The translations under genes and the position numbers were made by a program. The notes below the pieces were generated by a model that was given only the letters and a program-made list of their open reading frames with translations, made no database searches and had not been told where the DNA came from. A stretch of DNA of 64,000 bases from Chlamydiia bacterium (lineage in GTDB: Bacteria; Chlamydiota; Chlamydiia; Chlamydiales; RGXB01): contig JBEIFH010000001.1 of assembly GCA_040382515.1 (NCBI GenBank), positions 93,579 to 157,578 on the forward strand, in the 5' to 3' direction. Positions 1 to 9,493 of the stretch are shown here, piece after piece; the stretch's first letter is position 1; each line of letters opens with the position of its first letter.

Positions 1-1348
1 AAGATTCGAGCCGGACTGTTCTACTCACACACTCTGTTTGAATCGACACATCGTAACGGAGGATCTGCTCTTTGGCTAAAAAATCTTCCAAAAGGGCTAG
101 ATCGACAAGCACCGTATTTTCTTCATAAGAGGCAAATAAAAAACCTTCAACAATCATAATCCCCGTCACAGATATGAGAGGCGTTTGTTTAAAAATAACA
201 CTCTTAATGTCAGAAGAAGGGGTGGTAGAACCCGGGTGTACTTTCAAGTTTTCATTTTGACCCCTTTTTTCAAGGGGAAAAGAAAATGCATCCCACTGGG
301 GAAAAGAAAAATCCTTTGTTTGCGAAAATTCTTGATTTGGACTCGCTAGGCAGAGTTGTTGCATAAAAGCCTTATCCAGCGCTTTTTGAACGATCCGGTA
401 CCACCTGTTCTCCTCTTTGAGGCGCACGATGCTTTTTTGCGGGTGGACGTTCACATCGACAAGGTCTAAAGGGATGTCAAGAAAGAGGATCAAAATAGGG
501 TGTGTTTTCGGAGGGAAATGTTTTTGATACGCTTCATAAGCGGCCATCTGGATCAATGGACTTGATGCGGTCCTTTGATTGATGAAAAAATATTGCTGGC
601 TGCGCGTTTTTTGCCCCTCTTCTGCTACACTCACTAACCCAAAGCAGCGAACCCCCTCCTCACTATGTTCAAATGCGTGCACTTTGTTTAAAAAATCGAA
701 GCCAAAGAGGTCCTTGGCACGATCTTCAAGAGAGTCCGCTTGGGGACAATCGAATTCGAGCTTTTTGTCTATAGTGAAACTGAATCGGATTTTCGGATTG
801 CAGAGGGCTATTTTTTGGACTATTTTCTGGACATCCATAGTCGCACCTCTGATCGTCTTTTGAAACTCCAGACGTGCCGGAACATTGTAAAAAAGGGAGT
901 AAATTTCAAAAGTTGTCCCGTGCTCTTTAAAACAGGGGCCGTTTGAGATCATTTTGCCTGCCCTCATTTCGACCAAGGTTCCCTCGCCCCCCTCGATCGG
1001 CGCGGTTTTCATTAGCAAATGACTGATGCTTGCTATCGAGGAGAGGGCTTCGCCGCGAAATCCGAGCGTTGCAATCCCTTTGAGGTCCTGTTGTCCACGA
1101 ATTTTACTGGTGGCATGCCGCTCAAAACAAACAAGGGCATCCTCTTTGGGCATACCGATACCGTTATCCATGATTTTTATAGATTCAAACCCCCCACCTT
1201 GAATTTCGATATGGATGGTTGTGCTAGAGGCATCGATCGAGTTTTCCACAAGCTCTTTGATGCAACTTGCCGGATTTTCTACAACCTCTCCGGCTGCGAT
1301 CAGATTAATTAAATGCTCCTCAAGGAGAAAAATGGGGCTTCGTTGCAT
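1..1348 (-). CDS. mutL: DNA mismatch repair protein MutL, N-terminal part (gene continues beyond window start)
   Basis: The minus-strand frame is open from the window edge to the ATG at 1348..1346; it is absent from the ORF track because it is edge-truncated. My translation reads MQRSPIFLLEEHLINLIAAGEVVENPASCIKELVENSIDA...DNGIGM...GFRGEALSSIASIS, which matches the GHKL ATPase motifs of MutL. Confidence 0.9.
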   Translation of the reverse strand, partial: MQRSPIFLLEEHLINLIAAGEVVENPASCIKELVENSIDASSTTIHIEIQGGGFESIKIMDNGIGMPKEDALVCFERHATSKIRGQQDLKGIATLGFRGEALSSIASISHLLMKTAPIEGGEGTLVEMRAGKMISNGPCFKEHGTTFEIYSLFYNVPARLEFQKTIRGATMDVQKIVQKIALCNPKIRFSFTIDKKLEFDCPQADSLEDRAKDLFGFDFLNKVHAFEHSEEGVRCFGLVSVAEEGQKTRSQQYFFINQRTASSPLIQMAAYEAYQKHFPPKTHPILILFLDIPLDLVDVNVHPQKSIVRLKEENRWYRIVQKALDKAFMQQLCLASPNQEFSQTKDFSFPQWDAFSFPLEKRGQNENLKVHPGSTTPSSDIKSVIFKQTPLISVTGIMIVEGFLFASYEENTVLVDLALLEDFLAKEQILRYDVSIQTECVSRTVRLES

Positions 1349-1641
1349 ACCCAAGATTGTAGCAAAATAAAAGAAAAAAGGGGATTGGAAGGTTATTCTT
1401 TGAAAAAAAAGATCCGAACCATAATTCTATCATGTAGGCCATGATAGTTTGTTTTATGGCTCGGATGGTTAAAGAAAACACCCTTGTTCAATGACTAAAG
1501 ATTCGTACTTTAAGTGTATCGGCCTTCGCCAACTACACCCGGTTCGATTCCTTGCTACGGCCTAATGATCCACCTGGTCCCTTCTTTAATTAACCAATAA
1601 CATTTTTAGTAATTTTTTTTAAGAAAAATTTATATTTTTTT

Positions 1642-2481
1642 ATGATTCGGATCTTATCCAGCCTTATTACCTTAGCCTCAGTTAGCTACGGAGCTTATTA
1701 TTTTTCCTCCCAACACCCCGAGGTAAAAGCAAAGGTGATGGATATTATTTATTCTGGCAATTTCCATACCCTTGAGGCGAGGCTTAGCTCTAAGCAGATT
1801 ATGGAGGCGAACAAACGGAAGCTTTTGAAAGACGACCGGCACCATTTTCTAGAGCCCATAACACTCTATTCCCCCTATCTTTTGCTTGAGATCAAATACA
1901 CAAAGCCGGATCACACCACCGGAGAAGGGATCATCCTCTGGGACCTTATCGACGGGGAGATGGTGATGAACACCGAAGGGTGGGATAAGACCCATGGGTA
2001 TGCAGATTGTATCAAAGCAAGGCTCACAAAAAATGAGTTCAAAGTGATCAATTTGCTTGCAGAACGGGGTGGGGCCTTGGATAGAGGGGCGCTGGCCCGT
2101 CTTCTGGCTGCAGAAAATGAGACGCTGGACAAAGTGATCGATGCCTGTAGACGAAAAAAACTGATTGTTTTGACCGGGAATCAATATCGGCTTCACCTGA
2201 AAAGCCCAAAAATCAGCGTCATACCCGAAACCTCTATCGACGACCATCTGGTCACTAAGTCCCTCAAAAACGCACAGCGGTTATCGCAGAGATTTTCAGA
2301 GTGGCAAATCCGGCAATTGGCAGAATCTACCTTTGGTGCCGATTTTGCGATCAGAAGCACCCTTAATGTCTACCTTCCGATCTATAATATCACTGTAGGA
2401 AACCCTGACGGGACCTTTCACACCTCCTATTGGAATGCGATCAGCGGTAAAGAGATCCCCTTTTCCTCAATGATTGAATAG
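1642..2481 (+). CDS. hypothetical membrane-anchored protein with a possible internal winged-helix-like segment
   Basis: 279-aa ORF with an N-terminal hydrophobic anchor (ILSSLITLASVSYGAYYF). The overlapping minus-strand ORFs look like shadows. No family was recognised. Confidence 0.55.
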   Translation: MIRILSSLITLASVSYGAYYFSSQHPEVKAKVMDIIYSGNFHTLEARLSSKQIMEANKRKLLKDDRHHFLEPITLYSPYLLLEIKYTKPDHTTGEGIILWDLIDGEMVMNTEGWDKTHGYADCIKARLTKNEFKVINLLAERGGALDRGALARLLAAENETLDKVIDACRRKKLIVLTGNQYRLHLKSPKISVIPETSIDDHLVTKSLKNAQRLSQRFSEWQIRQLAESTFGADFAIRSTLNVYLPIYNITVGNPDGTFHTSYWNAISGKEIPFSSMIE

Positions 2482-2577
2482 GTTTTTTTATAGAGGGTTA
2501 TATCGAGGACAACTTACATTCAAAAAGGCCTTGTATTTTACCCCCCGGATACCTTAGTATTTAGAGATCAAATTTTT

Positions 2578-2664
2578 GGAGAGATGGCCGAGTGGTCGAA
2601 GGCGCGTCCCTGCTAAGGACGTATACCCGTGAGGGTATCGAGGGTTCGAATCCCTCTCTCTCCG
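2578..2664 (+). tRNA. tRNA-Ser (anticodon GCU)
   Basis: Hand-folded cloverleaf. Acceptor stem is GGAGAGA/TCTCTCC. Anticodon stem CGTCC/GGACG encloses loop CTGCTAA (anticodon GCT). The long variable arm is TACCC-GTGA-GGGTA and the T arm is GAGGG-TTCGAAT-CCCTC. CCA is not encoded. Confidence 0.93.
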
Positions 2665-3049
2665 CTCTTCTAACCCTTTATTCCTCAAGTACGTAAAATT
2701 TTATTTTTTATAAAAATATTTATTATGGTACAAGGGGGAAAAAGGACGTTTATGAAAGTCAATAGACCAAATCACAATCAAGGACCTATCCAGCACGCCA
2801 CAATTGGCAGACACACGCAATCTGATAAGATCATTAATCAATTATTTAAAAAAGGTTATCCAAAACCTCATAAAACCACGTTCAAGTTTGACCACCATCA
2901 AATTACAGCCCAGACTCCCAAAAGTTCCGAATTACCTAAACCTAAAAAAAATAAAAGAACTTGAAAGCAAAGTGCTAATCATTAGCATCGCTTAGTTTTT
3001 TCATTAAAAAATTCTAGTGTAAATATTGGTGCTTGTCTAACATCATCGT

Positions 3050-3655
3050 ATGGACACAATACAAGCGATCTACGAGCGGCGATCGATCAAACTTTTTGAT
3101 CAAGGGCACGTCATGCCCGACGAGACGTTTCAAAAACTGATCATGGCCGCTAGACAAGCCCCTTCTTCCTATAACCTTCAGCACACTAGGCTCGTACATA
3201 TCACAAGCAACGAGATAAAAAAAGAGATTTCAAAAGCAGCGTATGACCAACCACAGGTTTTAAGCAGCTCCGTCCTTTTCTTGATTGTGGGAGATACTCG
3301 TGCTTGGGAGAAAAATCCGGCTCGCTGCTGGAAAAACGCGCCGGAACAGGTGCAGAAGTTTATTTTGGATTCGATTCCCACTTTCCATAAAGCGCAACCC
3401 TGGATAGCTCGCGACGAGGCGATCCGCTCAGGTGCGCTCACTGCGATGACTTTGATGCTAGCTGCAAAATCGCTTGGATACGACTCTTGTCCGATGATCG
3501 GCTTCAACCAAGAAGAGGTGAAAAAAATAGTCTCACTCCCTATGGATTTTGTCCCTGTGATGCTTCTGCCGATAGGGAAAGGGATAAAACCCCCTAATCC
3601 AAAACCGGGATTTATCCCTATGGAAGAATTTTTAATTAAAGATCGATTTACTTAA
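3050..3655 (+). CDS. nitroreductase family protein
   Basis: N-terminus IYERRSIKLF...ARQAPSSYNLQHTRLV is typical of the FMN-dependent nitroreductase fold. Length 201 aa. Confidence 0.8.
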   Translation: MDTIQAIYERRSIKLFDQGHVMPDETFQKLIMAARQAPSSYNLQHTRLVHITSNEIKKEISKAAYDQPQVLSSSVLFLIVGDTRAWEKNPARCWKNAPEQVQKFILDSIPTFHKAQPWIARDEAIRSGALTAMTLMLAAKSLGYDSCPMIGFNQEEVKKIVSLPMDFVPVMLLPIGKGIKPPNPKPGFIPMEEFLIKDRFT

Positions 3656-3665
3656 GTGATGACGC

Positions 3666-4238
3666 ATGCTTTCGATTTCTGAACACTACTTAAATTGGAT
3701 CTATCAAGATTCAGTCTTAGAATTGATACAAGAACCGCTCCCCCCCGAAACAAAAAAACTCTCACTGAAAGAAAAGATCTCCATCGGTGTCGAAAGAGGG
3801 GCAAACTGTTTTTGTCAGTCTATCCATTTATTTTGTTTTATGACAGGGGTCGAAACCCTACTTCGAAAAACAACCCCCGATAACAACGATGGCATCCTTT
3901 TAAACGCGTTTTTGGTCCCCATCATTGAGGAGTGTTTTTTTCGTGGTCTTCTTCGTAAAGGGGTCGAAAAAACGCAATCTCTGTACTTACAAGATACCGC
4001 TACCGATTCTGCGAAAAAATTCAGGATTGTTTTTTTAAATGCTGCTTTTTCTTTCGTCCATTCAGGCTGGAGGCGAAGAATCCTTTTTTTAAATTATCCA
4101 TTAGAGTCAAAATTGCGCGAGGAGACAGGGAGTATTATCCCCCCTATTATGTCCCACATCACCCAAAATCTGATCCTCTTTTCAGCTCTCAAAATTGCTA
4201 CCGTTTTAAAAAAATGTAATGAAGGAAAATCGGATTAG
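3666..4238 (+). CDS. CPBP (CAAX-protease-like) family intramembrane protease homologue
   Basis: The ordered motifs IIEECFFRG (EExxxR), FSFVH (FxxxH) and HITQN (HxxxN) are present. The protein is short and only weakly hydrophobic, so assignment to this family is moderate. Confidence 0.5.
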   Translation: MLSISEHYLNWIYQDSVLELIQEPLPPETKKLSLKEKISIGVERGANCFCQSIHLFCFMTGVETLLRKTTPDNNDGILLNAFLVPIIEECFFRGLLRKGVEKTQSLYLQDTATDSAKKFRIVFLNAAFSFVHSGWRRRILFLNYPLESKLREETGSIIPPIMSHITQNLILFSALKIATVLKKCNEGKSD

Positions 4239-4276
4239 ATCCTGTGTTTTTTTAAAAAAACTCGCTATTTATTAAG

Positions 4277-4547
4277 AAAAGGGCGACGGTTTGCAAAAAA
4301 TCCTATCGGAGTAATTGTAGCGCCTTTCCTGAACCTTTGCTCCAACTAACAAAAGGGCAATCAGTTTCGAAAATCCTAACGGGGTAATTGTAGGGCCTTT
4401 CCCGAACCTTTACTCCATTTAACAAAAGGGCAATCAGTTTCGAAAATTTCTATCGAGTTAGTTGCAGATCCTTTCCCAAACCTTTGCTCCAACTAACAAA
4501 AGGGCAATCAGTTTCGAAAATTCCTATCGAGTTAGTTGCAGATCCTT
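4277..4547. repeat. tandem repeat, about 3.7 copies of a 73-74-bp unit
   Basis: Units start at 4277, 4351, 4424 and 4498. Each begins AAAAGGGC(A/G)A..GTTTCGAAAAT and ends CCTTTGCTCCAACTAAC. Copies 3 and 4 are near-identical and copy 4 is truncated. The array lies in the convergent intergenic region between the CPBP gene and hisS. Confidence 0.9.
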
Positions 4548-4586
4548 AAGCCGAATTTTCGCTCTAGGCAGCATAAAAAGAATCGG

Positions 4587-5927
4587 CTACACGCTGGTTT
4601 TGAGATAATTGATCAGATGATCTAAGGTGCCTGTTTCCTGTCTTTGTTGTTTCAAAATTTTGAAATTTAGGCGCTCTTGACATAGCTCTTCCCCATTGGC
4701 AATCACAACCACCTCAAACCCTTTGCGATCCGCATATTTGATCTGGTTGGGCAAAGGTTTATCTTGTAAATAGACCTCGGCGCCAAACCCGTGCTGACGA
4801 ATTTTTTCAGCTATGGTTATATACTGGGAGAGATAGTTTCTATCTTGTACCGTCACCAAAACTCTTGCATAGGTCTCAGTTTCAGAACGGATCAGCCCCT
4901 TCTCGATCATTTTAGGGATCAACCTTGAGACCCCAATCGAAATCCCCACACCCGGCAATAGCTTTCGTGTGAATGTGGCCGCTAGATTTTGATAGCGCCC
5001 TCCGGCACAGATCGTCCCAAGTTCCGGGCAATCGATCCATTTGACCTCGTAGATCGTACCTGTGTAATAATTCAGACCGCGCGCTAATGTCGGGTCAATC
5101 TCGATCACTTCGGCTGGAACGCGAAAAGCGGTTGCCAACCGGAGCACTTCTTCTAATTCGTCTAGACCCTCTTTAAGTAGAGGTGTTTTAGTAAACCCCT
5201 CCAGGTAGCTCATCATTGCAGCAGTCGACCCCTTTCTCTCTAAAAAAGAGAGAATTTTTTCCACAACGGATCCACTCACCCCAATCTCATCAAGTCCTCG
5301 GGCCATCGCTGAAGCATCAATTTTCTCTTTTTTATCAATTTGGCGTATGGCAGCCTCCAGGCAGGATTCTTCAACGCCGAATTCCTGCATCAGCCCCACT
5401 AAAATTTTGCGGTTGTTTATCTTGATCCGATAATTCGGCAATCCGATCGCAGTAAAAATCCTGTAGACAATTCCTAAAAGTTCCGCATCATAGGCCAAAG
5501 AAAGCTCGGTTTCGGAAATGACATCGATATCACACTGGTAAAACTGCCGGTAACGGCCTGCCTGGGGCCTCTCGCCTCTCCACACAGGAGCTATATGGTA
5601 GCGTTTAAACGGAAATACAAGCTGTCCGTAATGTTCCGCCACGTATCTGGCCAAAGGGACCGTGAGGTCAAAACGGAGGCCTAGCTCTTTTTTCCCCCCC
5701 TCATCAGCCGATAGCCGGGTTAGCCCATAAATTTCGCTATCATTTCCCTTCGATAAAAGGGTTGCAGTTTTTTCAACGGCAGGGGTGTCCATTGGCGAAT
5801 AACCAAAAGCCTCAAACTCTTTTTTGATCTTGTCCAGGCAACGATTAAATGCTATCTGATCTTTGGGAAGAAATTCGGGAAACCCTGAAATAGACCCTAC
5901 AAGGATCCCTTTTGATGAATTGGACAT
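4587..5927 (-). CDS. hisS: histidine--tRNA ligase
   Basis: Class II motif-2 region RYHIAPVWRGERPQAGRYRQFYQCD and motif-3-like GGRYQNL...GVGISIG, followed by an anticodon-binding-domain-length C-terminus. 446 aa. Confidence 0.9.
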   Translation of the reverse strand: MSNSSKGILVGSISGFPEFLPKDQIAFNRCLDKIKKEFEAFGYSPMDTPAVEKTATLLSKGNDSEIYGLTRLSADEGGKKELGLRFDLTVPLARYVAEHYGQLVFPFKRYHIAPVWRGERPQAGRYRQFYQCDIDVISETELSLAYDAELLGIVYRIFTAIGLPNYRIKINNRKILVGLMQEFGVEESCLEAAIRQIDKKEKIDASAMARGLDEIGVSGSVVEKILSFLERKGSTAAMMSYLEGFTKTPLLKEGLDELEEVLRLATAFRVPAEVIEIDPTLARGLNYYTGTIYEVKWIDCPELGTICAGGRYQNLAATFTRKLLPGVGISIGVSRLIPKMIEKGLIRSETETYARVLVTVQDRNYLSQYITIAEKIRQHGFGAEVYLQDKPLPNQIKYADRKGFEVVVIANGEELCQERLNFKILKQQRQETGTLDHLINYLKTSV

Positions 5928-6033
5928 ACTCTAACTTACCTTAAAAGCCCCTGATGCGAATTCAAGATTATGTCATGACCCGTGGGTTTTTGTCATCTTT
6001 GAAAAGGGGCTTTTAAGCTCAATTATTTTTTGA

Positions 6034-6510
6034 TCAAATTTTTCTATGATAGGGTGAAAATGCACTTTCTGAGCTTCTCAAAGAACCCACAATCTGTGAT
6101 TGTCTTGGGGAAATTCTAGGGGGCAAGGCGAGTGCATGGGAGGGCTCGGGCCTAGTGCAGGGCACTCTTGACAAGTCCTTCAACCTGGCTTTCAGTTGCA
6201 ATTGCGGCTCCAAAAAATCATCCAACTTTTTTTTGAATCCCCGGGATAACTCATCACCAAGCTTTTTTGCCACCTCGTTGATCAGTTCAATGCTGGCAAG
6301 GGTCTTTTCTAAAGCCTCTTTATTTTTTTCTTGTGCAAGGATTTTGTAATGAACGGGCTCAAGCCAATACCCTATCGAGGTCTGGCAAAGACGCAAACAG
6401 GGGTACTCTCTATCGGGCGACAAGAGCGCTTGAAGAGCTTCGCGTGTAGCTTCTTTTTTCCACGGTTTTAAAAATAGATTTTCACTTGGTAATATCCCAC
6501 CTGAAATCAT
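6034..6510 (-). CDS. hypothetical protein
   Basis: 158-aa ORF in the same orientation as its neighbours. No family was recognised. The C-terminus is Pro/Ser/Arg-rich. Confidence 0.45.
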   Translation of the reverse strand: MISGGILPSENLFLKPWKKEATREALQALLSPDREYPCLRLCQTSIGYWLEPVHYKILAQEKNKEALEKTLASIELINEVAKKLGDELSRGFKKKLDDFLEPQLQLKARLKDLSRVPCTRPEPSHALALPPRISPRQSQIVGSLRSSESAFSPYHRKI

Positions 6511-6600
6511 AGGAATCTTTCTCTACTTAAAAATGAATGGAGCGAGTTTAGCAAATCTAATTTTTTTTAGAAACAAAAAGGAGCGTTCGTTTCAGAAACT

Positions 6601-7566
6601 CTAGGAGGCGCTCTCCGGCTCAGCTCCTATCGACCTGCTCTGCTCGTGATAATACTGGATGCTCTCTTTGCTGTTCGGGTACATGGGCCAGCTGACAAGA
6701 GATTTAAACATTTCCCACCGGGTCATACCGGTCTGTCTACGATGCAAAAAATCTTCCAAAGATCCCCTTTTATGTAAAAATAAGAGACCATATTTGTTCG
6801 CTCTAAATTCCATTTGCCTCTCCTGGACAAAAAAGATGTATAAGCTGATGAGAGCCGGGGCAGCTTTCATAAGGAACGAAGAGATGCTTTTTTCATTTTT
6901 ATCATCTAGGAACGCAAATCCTTCATAGACCGTAACAACATATGCAAAAAATCCGGTGCAATACGACTTGAATAGATCCTCGTTCAGGATATGGCCGATT
7001 TCATGCCCTATAGCAAAAACAGCATCGTTCCTGTCTTGAATCTGCTCGGGGTTAACCGTGATCCTTTTTGAAAAAACCCCTTGCGTTTTAGCACACGCCT
7101 CCATTCTCTCAAAAGAGATCAAAGGCTTTTCGGCAAGCGAAAAAACCTCCCTAGCCTCCTCTGCTATCTTTAGAATATCAACCCCTTTTTGCAACAACTC
7201 ACGTCTCATAGACTCCTGCTCATCGCAAGGATTTTTCTGAGAAAACCGGCTGTGGACACCCATAGAGAACCAATTTTTACACCGGTCCAAAACACACCAA
7301 TCCAAAAATTTGTCCACTTTAGTAAAAATTTTCTGATCCCAGGAAAATCTGCACTTAGCTAGAAACGGATACAAGCCGCATCGAGGGGGCTCCACTCTTG
7401 GAAAAACAGGTCTCGGATAGTGCGCTTCCGTTATGGGTCTTGCAAACTTTTTAAATAATGAAAGATTAGAAAAAGAGGGTGCAATAGGGTCAAGACGCAT
7501 ACAGAGAACCTTTTTCTTTAAATTAAGCCTTTCTGATCTTAAAAAAAAATTCAAGCTCTTTTTCAT
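6601..7566 (-). CDS. putative zinc metalloprotease (HExxH, M48-like)
   Basis: The motif AIGHEIGHILNED is followed by two hydrophobic segments (FFAYVVTVYEGFAFL and AAPALISLYIFFV). 321 aa. Confidence 0.5.
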   Translation of the reverse strand: MKKSLNFFLRSERLNLKKKVLCMRLDPIAPSFSNLSLFKKFARPITEAHYPRPVFPRVEPPRCGLYPFLAKCRFSWDQKIFTKVDKFLDWCVLDRCKNWFSMGVHSRFSQKNPCDEQESMRRELLQKGVDILKIAEEAREVFSLAEKPLISFERMEACAKTQGVFSKRITVNPEQIQDRNDAVFAIGHEIGHILNEDLFKSYCTGFFAYVVTVYEGFAFLDDKNEKSISSFLMKAAPALISLYIFFVQERQMEFRANKYGLLFLHKRGSLEDFLHRRQTGMTRWEMFKSLVSWPMYPNSKESIQYYHEQSRSIGAEPESAS

Positions 7567-7778
7567 AACCTAAATATGTTTACTTTTTCGACATAGGAAA
7601 ATATGACTCATCAAATGACCACCCCCAAACTTTGAAGCCAAAAAGCTAAACCATATTATATCTTAGCAAAATCGCCCCCTTAGGTCGAAATTTCTCTACC
7701 GCTCTCAAGTGGTCTAGGTCTGTTTTATCGTTTTTTTCGTGTCCAATATTTTCCCTTTTCGCCTATGATGCAGCAATC

Positions 7779-9269
7779 ATGGAATTGACAATCAAAGAGA
7801 AAAATACCGATAAAAAACAAAAAGAGCCCTCTAAAACCAAACCGAGGGTCCCTCCCCAATCCAAAGAGGCTGAAAAGCTTGTTTTAGGGATGATGTTTTC
7901 TTCTGTCAACGCTTTGAATGTCGCAGCAGACTCTCTAGTGCCCGAAGACTTTTATTTCAAAGAACACCAACTTGTCTTCCATGTTTTACAAGAAGCCTAT
8001 CGCAACGATCGCCCGGCTGACGTGCACCTCGTAAATGAGGAACTCAAACGCAAAGACCAACTCAAAGAGGTCGGGGGAATTGTAGCTTTAACAGAAATTG
8101 CCCATTACGCAGGTACATCAGCCTACATAGAAGAATATGTCAATGTTGTTAAAGACAAAGCTCTTTTACGCCGCATGATCAGCACCGCTTCGGAAATGGA
8201 GAAAAAAGCGCAACTAGAGCCTCAAGATGTCCTCTCTTTTCTTGATGAATGCCAAGCGAAGCTCTACACAATTTCCCAAGAAAAATCGGCCAAAGATGGC
8301 TTCATGATCAGAGATATTCTCTCTGGTGTGCGCGCTACAACAAAACTCCCCTTCTTAAAAGAGTTGCAAGATAGACAAGAGGAGTATTTAACAAAAGGTC
8401 CAAATGCGGCCCATTTTACCGGTTTGCCCACCCATTTTTTCGATGTGGACAAAATGATCAATGGCCTTTGCCCCTCGCAACTATTGATTTTGGCGGCACG
8501 TCCGTCGATGGGAAAAACGGCTTTAGCTCTTAACATCGCACAAAATGTCGCGTTCCGCTCGAAAGAGGCTGTGGGTATATTTTCTCTTGAAATGAACGCC
8601 GAAGAACTGCTTCACCGCTTGATCTGCTCAGAAAGCGAGGTGGAATCGGAAAAAATCAAAACGGGTTCCCTTGCAGGGGGCGATTACCAAAAAGTTGTTG
8701 CTGCTGTCAATGAGATGCAAAAACATACAATGATCATCGATGATCAGCCCGGCCTAAAAATTTCCGACCTGCGCTCTAGAGCTCGCCGGATGAAAGAGAT
8801 GTTCAACATCAAACTTTTGGTGATCGACTACCTACAACTCCTAAGTGGACCTAAAGCAAACTACAATTCCGATAACAGACAGAACGAGATCTCAGAGATC
8901 TCCCGTATGCTCAAAAATTTGGCCAGAGAGCTCCATATCCCAGTCATTTGCCTATCCCAGCTTTCACGTAAGGTAGAAGAGCGTCAGGGACACCGGCCAA
9001 TGCTCTCGGATCTTAGAGAATCGGGCTCGATTGAGCAGGATGCGGACATCGTGATGTTTCTTTTCAGAAGAGAGTATTACAACCCTCAAGATAAACCGGG
9101 GACAGCTGAATTGATCGTTGCAAAAAACCGCCACGGAAAAGTGGGCGACATCCAGTTGGTTTACAAAAAATCTTTGGCGCTATTCCAAAATTTTGTAGCT
9201 CCTCCGATAGAACCCCCTTTAAACCAGCAGTTCAATACAAATGCCTTTCAGGCTTTCGCACCAAAATAA
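7779..9269 (+). CDS. dnaB: replicative DNA helicase DnaB
   Basis: Walker A ARPSMGKTALALN, plus FSLEMN, IDYLQL, LSQLSR and RESGSIEQDAD motifs. There is a basic N-terminal extension. Confidence 0.93.
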   Translation: MELTIKEKNTDKKQKEPSKTKPRVPPQSKEAEKLVLGMMFSSVNALNVAADSLVPEDFYFKEHQLVFHVLQEAYRNDRPADVHLVNEELKRKDQLKEVGGIVALTEIAHYAGTSAYIEEYVNVVKDKALLRRMISTASEMEKKAQLEPQDVLSFLDECQAKLYTISQEKSAKDGFMIRDILSGVRATTKLPFLKELQDRQEEYLTKGPNAAHFTGLPTHFFDVDKMINGLCPSQLLILAARPSMGKTALALNIAQNVAFRSKEAVGIFSLEMNAEELLHRLICSESEVESEKIKTGSLAGGDYQKVVAAVNEMQKHTMIIDDQPGLKISDLRSRARRMKEMFNIKLLVIDYLQLLSGPKANYNSDNRQNEISEISRMLKNLARELHIPVICLSQLSRKVEERQGHRPMLSDLRESGSIEQDADIVMFLFRREYYNPQDKPGTAELIVAKNRHGKVGDIQLVYKKSLALFQNFVAPPIEPPLNQQFNTNAFQAFAPK

Positions 9270-9493
9270 GGGCAAAATATAAAACTAAACTCCATTTTTT
9301 GGAATTGGGGAGAGGTCTAGTAAATCTATATTTCGTTTATAAAAATTTCGTAAAGAAATTATAATGATACTATTTTAATTATCATCTGCTCTGGTTTTTA
9401 AAATTTTTTTATATATATGTAAAAAAAACCGGCTCTACCCCTTTACCTTTAAAATGAAACAAAGTATGCTTCTTGAATCAAATTGGAGTCAAA

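Noticed and set aside
579-1312. Plus-strand track ORFs 579..863, 740..946 and 1019..1312.
   Set aside because: All lie inside the edge-truncated minus-strand mutL gene, whose translation shows unambiguous MutL motifs. They are shadow ORFs.
1541-1551. GGTTCGATTCC (a tRNA T-arm-like motif) in the mutL upstream intergenic region. It could mark a tRNA, tmRNA or att-site remnant.
   Set aside because: The flanking bases do not form a T stem (3 of 5 pairs). I could find no acceptor, D or anticodon arms on either strand within 100 nt. It is treated as a chance motif or an unrecognisable relic.
2725-2964. 79-aa highly basic His/Lys/Pro-rich ORF after tRNA-Ser. It might be a histone-like or small DNA-binding protein.
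   Set aside because: It has no Shine-Dalgarno sequence and overlaps an alternative-frame ORF (2804..2995) of similar quality. It lies in an AT-rich region where such ORFs arise by chance, and it does not resemble the Lys/Ala-rich chlamydial Hc1/Hc2 pattern. Left unannotated.
4277-4547. Could the 74-bp repeat array be a CRISPR array?
   Set aside because: The units are directly contiguous, with no unique spacers between them. The unit length (about 74 bp) is far larger than CRISPR repeats. No cas genes are present in the window.
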